Assembly: GCA_965200315.1 (NCBI GenBank)
Contig: OZ241362.1
Coordinates: 3,904,001-3,968,000 of the forward strand
Length of the DNA: 64,000 bases
Direction: 5' to 3'
From: Candidatus Latescibacterota bacterium
GTDB taxonomy: Bacteria; Latescibacterota; UBA2968; UBA8231
The first letter of the stretch is position 1, and each line of letters starts with the position of its first letter. The notes beneath the pieces were generated by a model. That model did not search any database. It had not been told where the DNA came from and worked only from the letters and a program-made list of their open reading frames with translations. Shown here piece after piece: positions 26,073 to 36,800 of this stretch. The position numbers were made by a program, and so were the translations under genes.

Positions 26073-28211
26073 GTGCGAATCGACACATTCTTTCGCCTGC
26101 CAGCGATCCTGATGGTCTTGGCGCTGCTGTGCAGCAGTAGCCTTTCTGCCCAAGGCCTCTCGCGTGCCACTATTTCTAGTTGGCCTACGACTACGTACTA
26201 TCTCGGCTTTTTTGAATTCACAAGCAAAACGGACGGCCAGATCCAGATTGTCGCCGGGGGCCACTATACTCTCTATCTCAATGGCGATATAGTAGGTAGC
26301 GATCAGGGGCCTGACGCGGCACAATCCTACGAAGTTTCCTTTAAACGCCGGGTGAATCACGTAGCCGTAATCGTCCAACACGATGGTAGGCAGAGTCCGT
26401 ACGGACTGTTCTGTGTGCTAGATGGAGGGGAAGAGCATTTTGTCAGTTCGCCCACGGATCGAGCCAATTCCTGGTTCTGGACCGGCACCCCCCTTCCCAA
26501 CGAGGAAGATGCGGATTGGATGACCATCCGCCAGAGGGATTTAGGGGATTACGAAGAAAATGGCGAAGCCGTGCGCTGGCAGCCCGTTCAGGCCGGCAGC
26601 CTCGATCTAGGTATCTATGCCGAATTTGCGGATTTGAATCTGACCAGAAATTGGAGTATGGCAGGGTTTGCCGGTGGTCTAGCCGGCCATCAAGGAGGAT
26701 TGCAACTGCGCGACTTGGCCGGCCAGAATATGGCCTTCAATACGCTGTCGACCGAGCCCAATATGGTGGATGGCAACCTCAGCACTTCGGTAAATTTTCG
26801 CAAGGGAGCCGGTGCGCTTTTACAGAGTGTTGAAACCGATCTGGGCCGCCTCTTCTCCATTGAGCGGGTGCGAGTAATCACCCAGCCCCCTTCGAGTAGA
26901 ACCAGTTACGAAGATCTGTCACTGCGCGGGTATAGCATTCTAGTGAGCAAGGACGGAGTCGGATTTCTAGAAGTCGGATCGCAGAATCAGATTACTACGT
27001 TCCAAGAGAGCGAAGTGGTCTTTCCGCCTATGCCCGCCCGGCACGTGCGCCTGACTATCACCGAGTTTTCCAATCGCAATGCTGCGCCGCGGATGGGCGA
27101 GTTGGAAGTCTACGTTCAAGGGCTGGACCAGCAGGGCACATACCGGTCTCCCCCACTGAATCTGGGCACCAATGACCTGAAGAATTTTGAACGGGTCCAA
27201 TGGTTCGGCCAAGTGCCGTCCAACGCGGAAATGAGTCTGCGCTTTCGCAGCGGCGACGATGGCCAAGTCTGGAGCACCTGGTCGGACTGGTCGCCGCACC
27301 TCGACAGACTGCTGGATGTTCCCGAGCCGCGCCATTTCCTGCAATTTGAATCCCGCCTTGCGACCCAAGCATTGATGGAGGGGCCAGTGCTAGACAGCTT
27401 AGTTGTCTTCTACGATAGCGGTCCCAGCCCAGCCACTCGGGCAGCGGCCTCAATTCTACCGCTGCACACTTCGATTGGTGTGGATACGCTTTTTACCTAT
27501 ACGCTTGAGTTGGACATCGGGGTGGATGATACCGGGATTGGACGTTTGGCGATTGTAACCCCGTGGCCAGCCAGTTTGGACAGAGCCGCTGTCCAAGGCC
27601 TAGGTAGTGCTGGCATTGCCGATGTGGTGGCCAGTAATGATTCCCTATTGTTGGTTTTCGACCCGCCTATTACCTCTGAAACTGGTACTACGGAACTGGT
27701 TGTACCCTTTACTACCCGGCTGCTAGCGGCTAGCCACGCCTTCCAAGGATTGCTCTTTCCGCCGGATGCGACTTCCTCGCTACGGGTCCAAGAGCGCGAG
27801 GGCACTGATCCAAATACTGGCTTGGCGTATTCTATCACCGCCTCGACAATCGATTTCGATATCGCTATCCTCGACGATGTGCAGGCCCATCCTGCAGCCT
27901 TCACGCCTAATGGCGACACCATCAACGACGAAGCCATTTTGGGCTTTGTTTTGGGGCGAGTGAACGATGCCCAGGTCCATTTTGAAATCTACGATCTGGG
28001 GGGCCGCTTGGTCCGCACTCTCCCCGCACGTGAACTCAATGCCGGTAACTATGTGCCTAGAGACGGGCTCGACGCGAATCTGCCCGGTCGCTGGGACGGA
28101 CGCGGAGATGACGGCGAAGTACTGCCGCCCGGCTTGTACGTGTTTCGTGTTGTCGTAGACCTGAAACCCGACAAAAAAGTGGGAACGGGCGTTATCGGAC
28201 TGGCTTACTGA
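26073..28211 (+). CDS. Secreted discoidin-domain protein with C-terminal FlgD-Ig/CTD
   Basis: Signal peptide; VDGNLSTS...DLGR...YSILVSKDG...ARHVRL (F5/8C-like); FTPNGDTIND...YDLGGRLVR...WDGR...LPPGLY. Confidence 0.82.
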   Translation: MRIDTFFRLPAILMVLALLCSSSLSAQGLSRATISSWPTTTYYLGFFEFTSKTDGQIQIVAGGHYTLYLNGDIVGSDQGPDAAQSYEVSFKRRVNHVAVIVQHDGRQSPYGLFCVLDGGEEHFVSSPTDRANSWFWTGTPLPNEEDADWMTIRQRDLGDYEENGEAVRWQPVQAGSLDLGIYAEFADLNLTRNWSMAGFAGGLAGHQGGLQLRDLAGQNMAFNTLSTEPNMVDGNLSTSVNFRKGAGALLQSVETDLGRLFSIERVRVITQPPSSRTSYEDLSLRGYSILVSKDGVGFLEVGSQNQITTFQESEVVFPPMPARHVRLTITEFSNRNAAPRMGELEVYVQGLDQQGTYRSPPLNLGTNDLKNFERVQWFGQVPSNAEMSLRFRSGDDGQVWSTWSDWSPHLDRLLDVPEPRHFLQFESRLATQALMEGPVLDSLVVFYDSGPSPATRAAASILPLHTSIGVDTLFTYTLELDIGVDDTGIGRLAIVTPWPASLDRAAVQGLGSAGIADVVASNDSLLLVFDPPITSETGTTELVVPFTTRLLAASHAFQGLLFPPDATSSLRVQEREGTDPNTGLAYSITASTIDFDIAILDDVQAHPAAFTPNGDTINDEAILGFVLGRVNDAQVHFEIYDLGGRLVRTLPARELNAGNYVPRDGLDANLPGRWDGRGDDGEVLPPGLYVFRVVVDLKPDKKVGTGVIGLAY

Positions 28212-28330
28212 AGCACGTAAGGTCAACGTGTTTGCGGTCGTTTGCTGTTCACCCGAAATATCTCGGGTAATTATTTTTCCGCCTCGTGTCCCGCATAAGA
28301 CTCGAGCCTTGGGCTATTGTAATTCACGTT

Positions 28331-31024
28331 ATGAAACGTGTACTTATGCACCATACTCTCAGCTATGCCCCTATCATTCTTTGCCTGCTGCTAGCGGTTG
28401 GCGTTGATCTAGTCGAGGCCCAATTTCTATCGCGGGACTACCGACGCTTGTGGACCAACGAATTATTTGAAAACTACGGTGCATCGGGCTATCGCGACTA
28501 TGACCTAGAAGATGAGAATCGCCGCTTCGACCTGTTTGGTGACCTGCTGATTGATGGCGTCGATGTGGTTGAGTACAGCGAAATTCGCCGCGACTCGCCC
28601 GGTATTAGGGGCAGTTTTGAATCCCGCAATGCGCGCTACGATCGCTTCTTCCAGAAGCTGATCATCGCCAACGAGGGCTTCGGGTCTTGGTCCACTCGCC
28701 TGATAATTGGAGACCACATCCGCACCTTCTTCACCCCGATGACTTTGAATCTGCCTAGCTATAGCGGCATTCGCTGGGACGGTTCTTCTCGCAAAAGCCG
28801 TTTTAGCATTATTGGCACGCATCTTACCGATCCGGTACTCGCGTCGGGTTTAGGATCCCTCGAACAAAACGCAACCCAACGCCGGATATTTGGTACGAGC
28901 CTGTTCGGTGGACACTGGGAGAGCCAGATTGGCGATATCCTTACGATAGGCTCCACTTATGTCAACGTGCATCGCTTTGACGCCGAAGCCAATGCCAAAA
29001 CCAACAGCTTGAGAGGCACCGTGCCTCAGGTGATGCAGGACGGCTTGCGCAAGGTATTCGTTTTTATTAGCGACGATGCACCGTACAGAGGTTCTGGTGC
29101 CGAAGTGCATCAACTGGATATGTTCGTAAACGACATCCCTATACTGCCTATGCGGGTGGGCCGGATCAACAATCTGCTCAAACACATCCCTGTGACTACA
29201 GATCTGAGTAGCACGATCTTGTTGCAGCCACACGAAATCGGCTATTTACGCCGCAACCGCGACTGGCTGCACTCAGTGGTTGATGCCAGTAATACACCTT
29301 TTTTTCGCTCTTTGTTGGCCGGTATTACCCAAGACATAGCCCCTGCAACTCAAGCTGCTCCTCTTAGCACCCACGACACGGACGTTATCTATTATGAATA
29401 TGTCGTGCCTGATACGGTGAGCCGGATCGATTTCAGTGCCGTCGTGGCCAATGACTACAGCGTAGATGTGGTCGGAGCTGTACAGGTGCCGCTATTGGCA
29501 CCAGGCGCTGACGATTTTTACTACGATTGGCACAATGCGGCACGCGCCACCGGCCAAGCCGACCAGCGCAGCAATTTGCGCCAAATCCGATTCAACTACG
29601 GTTTTCCCACTGGCCTCTCGCTACTAGGTCTTAATTTTGCAGCCACCTTTATGGGCTTTCAACTACAGGGGGAACTCGCCCGTAGCACGACCTTTTTCAA
29701 GGTGCCCGAAGCCAAGGGCAAGCGCTACAAGCGCGAAAGTTCCATGTATTACTTCAATATGCTACGTCCTGTATACGACCGAGCAGAGGTAGGCTTTGAG
29801 TTGTTCGACGTGCCGCACGACTACACTACAGATTTCTCTTTGTTTTTTGCTTCAAAGGTAGGACCCACCGTCGGCGGCCGACTCTACGATTCGTTCTCAT
29901 TAGTCGAGGATAACGACGACCTAGACGACTGGCCCGACCGAGTAGAACGCAACGATCCATTGGCACCGTATTTGAGTGCCAGCGGCCAAGGTCACGGCGT
30001 GTATCCAGGCTTCGATCCCAATGGCGACGGCGTCCTCGATTTCAACCTAGACTTGGATCGCGGATCCGATGCTACGCAGCCCTTTATAAGCTACTACTCT
30101 GAACTGCCCAGCTTGGTTTTCGGCGATGATTTCGACAACAACGGCATCGTCGATTTTCGCGAAAACGACAATCTACCCGATTACCTATATCCAGTGGACC
30201 ACCGCGGCTTTCACGGCTTTGTCTCGCTGCAACCTACTGACCGCACCCAGTTGCGGCTGGGCCTGTACCGGGTGCGGCAACCAGCCCTAGGTACGCGCAA
30301 TTACTCCCGTTATCTAGAAACCCAGTACCAACGCGACTGGCAAGATTGGGGCTATGCGCGCCTTGGTTACCGCATTAAGCGGGCGCAAGACAACATCCAG
30401 AATACGACCTTTTTCCCTACCTCCGATACCACTCTAAACCCAGATCGGCTGGAAAACAGAAACAGCCTCAACAATCAGATCTTTTTTGAGTGGGGCCTAA
30501 CGACCCTGCCGGCGTTGAACATGCGCAATATCATCTCTTTTACTCACATCGATCTGGAGGGACAGATCCTAGCTGATCCCGTAGCAGCCAAACCAGGCAC
30601 GATGACCCGTTTTGCCATGGTGAACAAGGCCGACTATACCATAAACCGGGGACGTTTCAGCATTCTTCCCCAGTTCAAGCATATCTACCAACGGCACAAG
30701 TCCCCCGAACTCCAGATCCCGGATACCCAGAGCCGCTGGCTCATGCCCATTCTGCGCGTGGACTATCGGTTGACGGTCAAGACCGTGCTCAAAACAGGAA
30801 TCCAAGGCTTGCCCTTCTGGCGTGAGCGCTTTCTCGATGCGGCCCGTCCAGAGAGCGAGTTTACGCGTCTGACCTACACGGCTTTTTTGCAGAACAAAAG
30901 CAATTACCGCGGCTACGACCTGACCATACTGTTGGGTACCTATCATACGACGAAGAAATTCACCGGCTCGACCCGGCCTAAAGACGGTTTTCTGGAATAT
31001 TTCTTTAGGGTCTACATTGGCTAA
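28331..31024 (+). CDS. Large exported protein, putative outer-membrane beta-barrel with Asp-rich Ca-binding loops (paralog 1)
   Basis: Signal peptide; VEDNDDLDDWPD, DPNGDG, DFDNNG; amphipathic C-terminal strands ending YFFRVYIG; start uncertain. Confidence 0.7.
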   Translation: MKRVLMHHTLSYAPIILCLLLAVGVDLVEAQFLSRDYRRLWTNELFENYGASGYRDYDLEDENRRFDLFGDLLIDGVDVVEYSEIRRDSPGIRGSFESRNARYDRFFQKLIIANEGFGSWSTRLIIGDHIRTFFTPMTLNLPSYSGIRWDGSSRKSRFSIIGTHLTDPVLASGLGSLEQNATQRRIFGTSLFGGHWESQIGDILTIGSTYVNVHRFDAEANAKTNSLRGTVPQVMQDGLRKVFVFISDDAPYRGSGAEVHQLDMFVNDIPILPMRVGRINNLLKHIPVTTDLSSTILLQPHEIGYLRRNRDWLHSVVDASNTPFFRSLLAGITQDIAPATQAAPLSTHDTDVIYYEYVVPDTVSRIDFSAVVANDYSVDVVGAVQVPLLAPGADDFYYDWHNAARATGQADQRSNLRQIRFNYGFPTGLSLLGLNFAATFMGFQLQGELARSTTFFKVPEAKGKRYKRESSMYYFNMLRPVYDRAEVGFELFDVPHDYTTDFSLFFASKVGPTVGGRLYDSFSLVEDNDDLDDWPDRVERNDPLAPYLSASGQGHGVYPGFDPNGDGVLDFNLDLDRGSDATQPFISYYSELPSLVFGDDFDNNGIVDFRENDNLPDYLYPVDHRGFHGFVSLQPTDRTQLRLGLYRVRQPALGTRNYSRYLETQYQRDWQDWGYARLGYRIKRAQDNIQNTTFFPTSDTTLNPDRLENRNSLNNQIFFEWGLTTLPALNMRNIISFTHIDLEGQILADPVAAKPGTMTRFAMVNKADYTINRGRFSILPQFKHIYQRHKSPELQIPDTQSRWLMPILRVDYRLTVKTVLKTGIQGLPFWRERFLDAARPESEFTRLTYTAFLQNKSNYRGYDLTILLGTYHTTKKFTGSTRPKDGFLEYFFRVYIG

Positions 31025-31039
31025 TATGGGCGGAATTAT

Positions 31040-33829
31040 ATGAGATTGTCTGCTACATTGGTCCTAGTAGGAGTGATATGGTCTGCCGCTGCCGAAGCAC
31101 AGCTACTATTCAGACCCGGCGAGCCCTATATCAACTATGCGTACGAAAGTTACCGCAGCTACGAAAACCTCATCTTCGGCCGGGACCGCACCCCCCAATT
31201 CGACCCCTTGGGACAGTTCGTGCTGAACGGAGCTACCGTGTTTCAGCTACAGGAGTTCCGCACCATCCGCCCGGCCGCCGGCAGCATCATTGCCAAACCT
31301 AGGCTCTACGAAGCCTATCTCAATCGGCTAGTGATCGCCAACGATTCGTATAAAGGTGCCAATTCACAGTTGATTGTTGGCGATCGGATTCGCACCAAGT
31401 ACACCTCGCTGACTCTAGACCTAGCGGCGATGAACGGGATCCGTTTGGACACTCATTTCAAGGGTGGTTCGGTGGTGCTGGCCACCTCCAGAGTGGACAA
31501 ACCTATTTTTGAATCCGTACTCAACGCCGACCACAGGATTCACGGCACGGAAGGCTCTGAATTCCGGCCGCGTTGGAGTACATATCTGATGTCAGGGGAT
31601 GTGCGCACTCAATTGCCTGGCCTAGACATGGGCTTGAGCTGGGTCAACCAATATCGCACGGACAGTTTTAAAAATCTTAGCGAAAACAGCTTCAAAGGGA
31701 CCCTGCCCACAACGGGCAGACCGCCGGAGTGGATTGTGGTGCGCGTATCGGATCAAGTGCCCGAAGACAATGCCGGCGTACGGGTGGTGCCGCCGGTACT
31801 AACGCTCAACGGACGCCAGATTACCCACGTGTTGGGTCCTTACAACAAGCTAGACGCCGAAACGCTGACGCTGACGGTTACAGCGCACGAAGATCGGACC
31901 ATCATTCCGGCCATAACGCGCGACACTAGTAACGATCTTATCATCGCTCACCCCCATGTCGAACCGACACCGCAGGGCTTTTACGAAACCCGGGGCCGAG
32001 GCAGTTTGTTGTTCTGGTTCAAGGTGCCGGCTTTTTTTGCGGACAACGGAGACACGGTCATCGTCACCAATACATACGCCAGCCTAGACGTGGCCGGCGA
32101 CTATGTGATCGAGCTATCCGAGGTTTTTGACGGCCTCTCAAGGAATCCGGCGACCTATTTCTATACTGTAGCCCAGTCGCACGGCCGGCCGGCTAATCTC
32201 AACGACTTCAAACGGGTGCGGGTACATTATGGCCGCCAGACAGGCCGTACTCTTGCCAGTGCCCATCTAAATTGGAACATTCGCGGCTTCTCACTGAATA
32301 CCGAATACGTGCGCAATTTCTCGTACCGGGCCTATCCATCTCTAGTGAGCACCAAGAACCGCCATATGTCAGACCAAAGCCAAGCGTGGTTTGCCGTTTT
32401 ACGCCGGGATTGGGATAGGTTCAGTATCGGCGGCGAGGTATTTAATGTAGATGGTGAATACTCTACTGTCTTGACGGTACAGGACGATGATTTTAGGAGT
32501 TATTCTGGTTTTCTCACTAGCCCCTTTCAGTTCCCCAATAACTATCACGAACCGCGCCTGCCCACATTTATTGGCCCGAACATAGCGGATCAGACCTATA
32601 CACTTGAATTCAATACCGTAGATGATAACGATGATAAGGATCAGTTCCCCGACTCGTATTTTCTCCGTCGGACGACAAATCTAGCAACCGGAGGACGCTT
32701 TATCGAAGATCCCGATGGGGTATTCCCGGGCCTCGATGCCGATTTGAATGGCCGTCCAGACATCAACGAGAACAACAACCAGATCCCCGACTACTTTGAG
32801 CCTTTCTTGCTCTACGATGTCAACCCCGACGCCTTTGAATGGGGGGACGACACTAACAACAACGGCAAGATCGACGAGCGCGAGAATGACGAAAAGCCAG
32901 ACTATCCCTACGATGCGGACCGCCGCGGCTTCCACGGTTTTACAACCCTTCTTCTGACCAGAGCCATGTCTGTGACGCTGGGCCATCACAATACTTGGGC
33001 ACCTTTGGGGGGTGGTCAGGCAACATCTACCTATGGCAAGGTTGAGTATCGTCGTCGCATCCCTTTTCTGGTAGATCTGTACGCAGTGGAACGGATCAAA
33101 CGCGTACAAGACGACATTGCCGACGACGTGTTTGGTCTCAGGCGCAGCCCTATCTATTTCGAGCCCGACGTGATCCCCATAGTAGCACTGACGGACGAGG
33201 AGATTTTCAACCCGCTGGGCAAGGCCGAATTGCTACAGGATCCGTTGCTAATGCAAGATAGCTGGGTGAATACGTTTTTTACGAGGGCCCGTTTGATTCG
33301 CGTCCCCAACCTGAGTGTAGAACTGACACTCAAATACGATAATAACTTTCAGCAAAGCACTTCCCTGCAAGCGGACAACAGGATATCCGATCTAGCCACG
33401 GTCTTCAAAGCCGACTACCAGTGGAATCCGTGGCGCGAACTACGGGTAATCCCGCAGTTCAAATGGCTGCGGCAACGCTTACAAGATGACGAAAACGCGC
33501 TCTTGCCGATCCACGAGGATTTTCTCTATCCCATTTTGCGGTTGGAATATCCGCTTTCCTCTCGCACGACGATAAAATTGGGTGCCCAAGGCTTTTCGTT
33601 TTTCACCAGCAAGTACCGCAATGAATTGACACCGGACGCGGATTTCGATTCCGAGGTGTATCTGCTACTGTTGAGCAACAATTCTACCTACGTCGGTTAT
33701 CAGCTCAACCTCAATCTGGGATACGAGAAACGCACGCGAACATTCCTAGATCAGAAGCGCAGTACCCAGGATATCGATTTCTCGCGCCTGTTCCTGCGCT
33801 TGATTGTCGGGCTGCGGCCTTTGTATTGA
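31040..33829 (+). CDS. Large exported protein, putative beta-barrel (paralog 2)
   Basis: Signal peptide AEA-Q; VDDNDDKDQFPD, DADLNG, DTNNNG; ends FSRLFLRLIVG...Y. Confidence 0.72.
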   Translation: MRLSATLVLVGVIWSAAAEAQLLFRPGEPYINYAYESYRSYENLIFGRDRTPQFDPLGQFVLNGATVFQLQEFRTIRPAAGSIIAKPRLYEAYLNRLVIANDSYKGANSQLIVGDRIRTKYTSLTLDLAAMNGIRLDTHFKGGSVVLATSRVDKPIFESVLNADHRIHGTEGSEFRPRWSTYLMSGDVRTQLPGLDMGLSWVNQYRTDSFKNLSENSFKGTLPTTGRPPEWIVVRVSDQVPEDNAGVRVVPPVLTLNGRQITHVLGPYNKLDAETLTLTVTAHEDRTIIPAITRDTSNDLIIAHPHVEPTPQGFYETRGRGSLLFWFKVPAFFADNGDTVIVTNTYASLDVAGDYVIELSEVFDGLSRNPATYFYTVAQSHGRPANLNDFKRVRVHYGRQTGRTLASAHLNWNIRGFSLNTEYVRNFSYRAYPSLVSTKNRHMSDQSQAWFAVLRRDWDRFSIGGEVFNVDGEYSTVLTVQDDDFRSYSGFLTSPFQFPNNYHEPRLPTFIGPNIADQTYTLEFNTVDDNDDKDQFPDSYFLRRTTNLATGGRFIEDPDGVFPGLDADLNGRPDINENNNQIPDYFEPFLLYDVNPDAFEWGDDTNNNGKIDERENDEKPDYPYDADRRGFHGFTTLLLTRAMSVTLGHHNTWAPLGGGQATSTYGKVEYRRRIPFLVDLYAVERIKRVQDDIADDVFGLRRSPIYFEPDVIPIVALTDEEIFNPLGKAELLQDPLLMQDSWVNTFFTRARLIRVPNLSVELTLKYDNNFQQSTSLQADNRISDLATVFKADYQWNPWRELRVIPQFKWLRQRLQDDENALLPIHEDFLYPILRLEYPLSSRTTIKLGAQGFSFFTSKYRNELTPDADFDSEVYLLLLSNNSTYVGYQLNLNLGYEKRTRTFLDQKRSTQDIDFSRLFLRLIVGLRPLY

Positions 33830-33830
33830 G

Positions 33831-36800
33831 ATGTTCAAAATGGTGTTTAGGGTGCTTAGAAATATCTCAAATGCGACAAAAATACTCCGGCTAGGTGCCT
33901 GCGGACTGGCACTGCTGTTATTCTTGTGTACCGGCACTTTTGCCCAAGAGCTTGAGGACTCGCCCGAACATCCCCGCTTGGGTCCGCCGCGCCTACTTTT
34001 GGACCAGCCCTATATAGGACAATTCGGGCAGGAGTACTATCAGAACTACGGGTTTGAAGATTACTCCAGACAACCTCCTACTACCAGCAATCTGCGCAAC
34101 TTTTACAATTCATTAGGGGATCCTCTCCTGTATGGGACCGAGTCCATCCGCTGGGTGGAACGCCACGGGTTGGGAGTACGGCGCGGCTTCAGTTCCCAAT
34201 CAGAGGGTTTCTCTCATGGACAAGCTCCCGGGTCCAGTTATGGCAGTCTTTTTAATTATGTCATTGTCGGTACCGACGGCACCGACGCTTGGCAGGCGCG
34301 AGCCATCTATGCCAACGAACTGCGCTCAAAGTTCACGCCTCTCACATTTAAAATGGCCAATGTCGATGGCCTGAGAATCGATGTAGGTACGGAGCAGGAC
34401 AAGTTCTCGGCCATAGCCTCCAACTTGGTGCCCAACAACACCTTTATTGTCAATACCATGATGCTGGGCACGCACTACGAACGCAAGTTGGGCTTCCTCA
34501 ATTTTGGCACCACCTTTCTCAACGCACACCAGTTCGAACCCCGTATGGAGAGCGGGCATCGGACACTTAAAGGCGTGGTAGGCGCAGTGCAACGCTCGAC
34601 CGCCCTAGTGGCCATCCGCATTTCGGATGGTTCGCCGCAGGACGGCCGCGGCGGTCCAGTGCTGCATGGGGTCAAGGTATTCGTCAATGGCGTTCACAGG
34701 CCCGAAGCGAAACCCTTCGTCATCCGTTTGCGAAGGCGCGGCGCTGAACGTCAAAGTTATATGGCCGGTCTGCTGCGCAGCGGAGATCGTCGGCCTTTGC
34801 CAGAGTTGGACAACGACTACCAAGCCATCAATCGGGGAGCGGTATGGAACACTTACGATCCGTACATCAACTATGCTTCTTTTGACACCGATGTATTCTA
34901 TCGGGGGTACGAGTTCCCTTTCTGGATTGATCATCTCTTCTACCGGGATTTCAAGCTCTACGGTGCCGATCATGTACTCAACGCCGACGAGGAAATCAGC
35001 GTCAACTCCGAATTCGCCCACGAACTGAGCGAATTCGATCCCACGACCAACCCAGAAGGCCAGTTTTTCGGACTGCATTCTCTGGCGGATCTGCCGCAGA
35101 CGTTCGACGGTGAAGAGTACGGCATCCTCTATGTCGATCTGGAACCGTTCCAAGAACAGATCACTTCGGTAAATATCGAACTGGAACTGGCCAATGACTA
35201 CCATGTCGAGGTGTCTGAGATCGACCTATCAGGAGAAGCTGGAGATACGCCCAATCCCAACTACAGGGACCGCTACAATTATGCGACCTTTTTCCGCACT
35301 GTAGCCACAACACCGGGCAACCCGCAAGACGGCCGGGTCCGAACTGTGCGCGTCAAGGTGGGTGCCCCTACTGGCTTGAGCATCTATAGCACCAATGTAT
35401 ACGGCGTTTTAAAAGGGTTTGAAATAAATGGTGAGTTCAGCCGCAGCAACAGCTTCTACCAATATGCCAGCGGCATGCCCGCCCCGCGCGTACCCTCCGA
35501 AGCACTCAGCGTCAATGCCCTTAATCGCGAACAGTTTCCTGGGACTCGGTCCACCATCGCCGACAATGCCTATTACTTGACGATTAAACGCGATTTCGAC
35601 CGTTTGGGCTTGGGTGCTGAGTTGTTTTCTATGGGGGCTCTCTACAACACGGAGTTGCGTACCTATATAGGCCGCAGTGAAAACAATTTCGGCAGCTTGG
35701 TCGCCTACAATAATGTGTATCTACACCGCCTAGTCGAGGACAACGACGACAACGACCGCTATCCAGACAGTTGGTACACCAATAGGCCGACCATATTCCA
35801 AGGACAATCCGACATCGACGGCATCTTTCCCGGGCTTGATGAGGACCGGGACGGCATACCCGACACCAACAGAAATTTCAATGGCACTCCAGATTACCTC
35901 GAACCGTTCCTCATGTACGATTCCGATCCCCAGATCTACGACTACGGCCTCGATCTCAACCACAATGACTTCATCGACGTACGAGAAAACGACATCCAGC
36001 CTGATCTTCCCTACGATCCTGGGTTGCGAGGCCGCCACCTGTACGGGACTTTCGAGCCCATCCACAGGGCGCGTATAACATTGGGAGTCATGGACGCAGA
36101 GCAAATCGCGGCCAATGACCCCAGCGATTTTTACTACGGCAATCTGGGATACGAGCGGCAGATACCTGCCCTAGGTCAATTCTTTGGCGTGCTGTCGGTA
36201 GAACGGGTGGAAGATGGTGTAGCCGATCCCCTTAGCATTTACAGCGATGAGGTGCTCACCCCGGCCCAGCAACTTGAGCGCGAATTCGCCGGCTTACAGC
36301 GCAATATACAGCTCTCTCCTTTCCTAGAGGAACCGCGAGACGATCCACTGCTGTTCAAGAACAGTACCTACACTCGGATGTTCGTCGACGCCCGCTGGAA
36401 GGCCGTGCCAAACCTGAAGATCCACAACAAAGTCAAGTACGAGATCAATTCGCAACACGAAGGCGAACTCTACGACGGCACCTTCCAAGAAGGCAATCGC
36501 TTGTCGCGTCTGACCATGGTCCACAAGGCGGATTACTTGTGGCAGATAAGGTCTCGGCTCAGTCTGTTTTCCGGTCTTAAGTTTCGCTATCTAAAAGAGT
36601 GGCAAAAAACGAACGATCTAGCCATGGCACAGGAACGCCATATCATCCCGCTGCTGAAACTGCAGTACGAACTGACGCTAAGGACGCGTTTCCAACTCGG
36701 TATTCAAGGACTCGGCATGGCTTTGCCTTATTCGGTGACCAATGAAATACAGCCGATAAACAATTTTGAACAGTACGACGTGATGTTAATGATAACGAAC

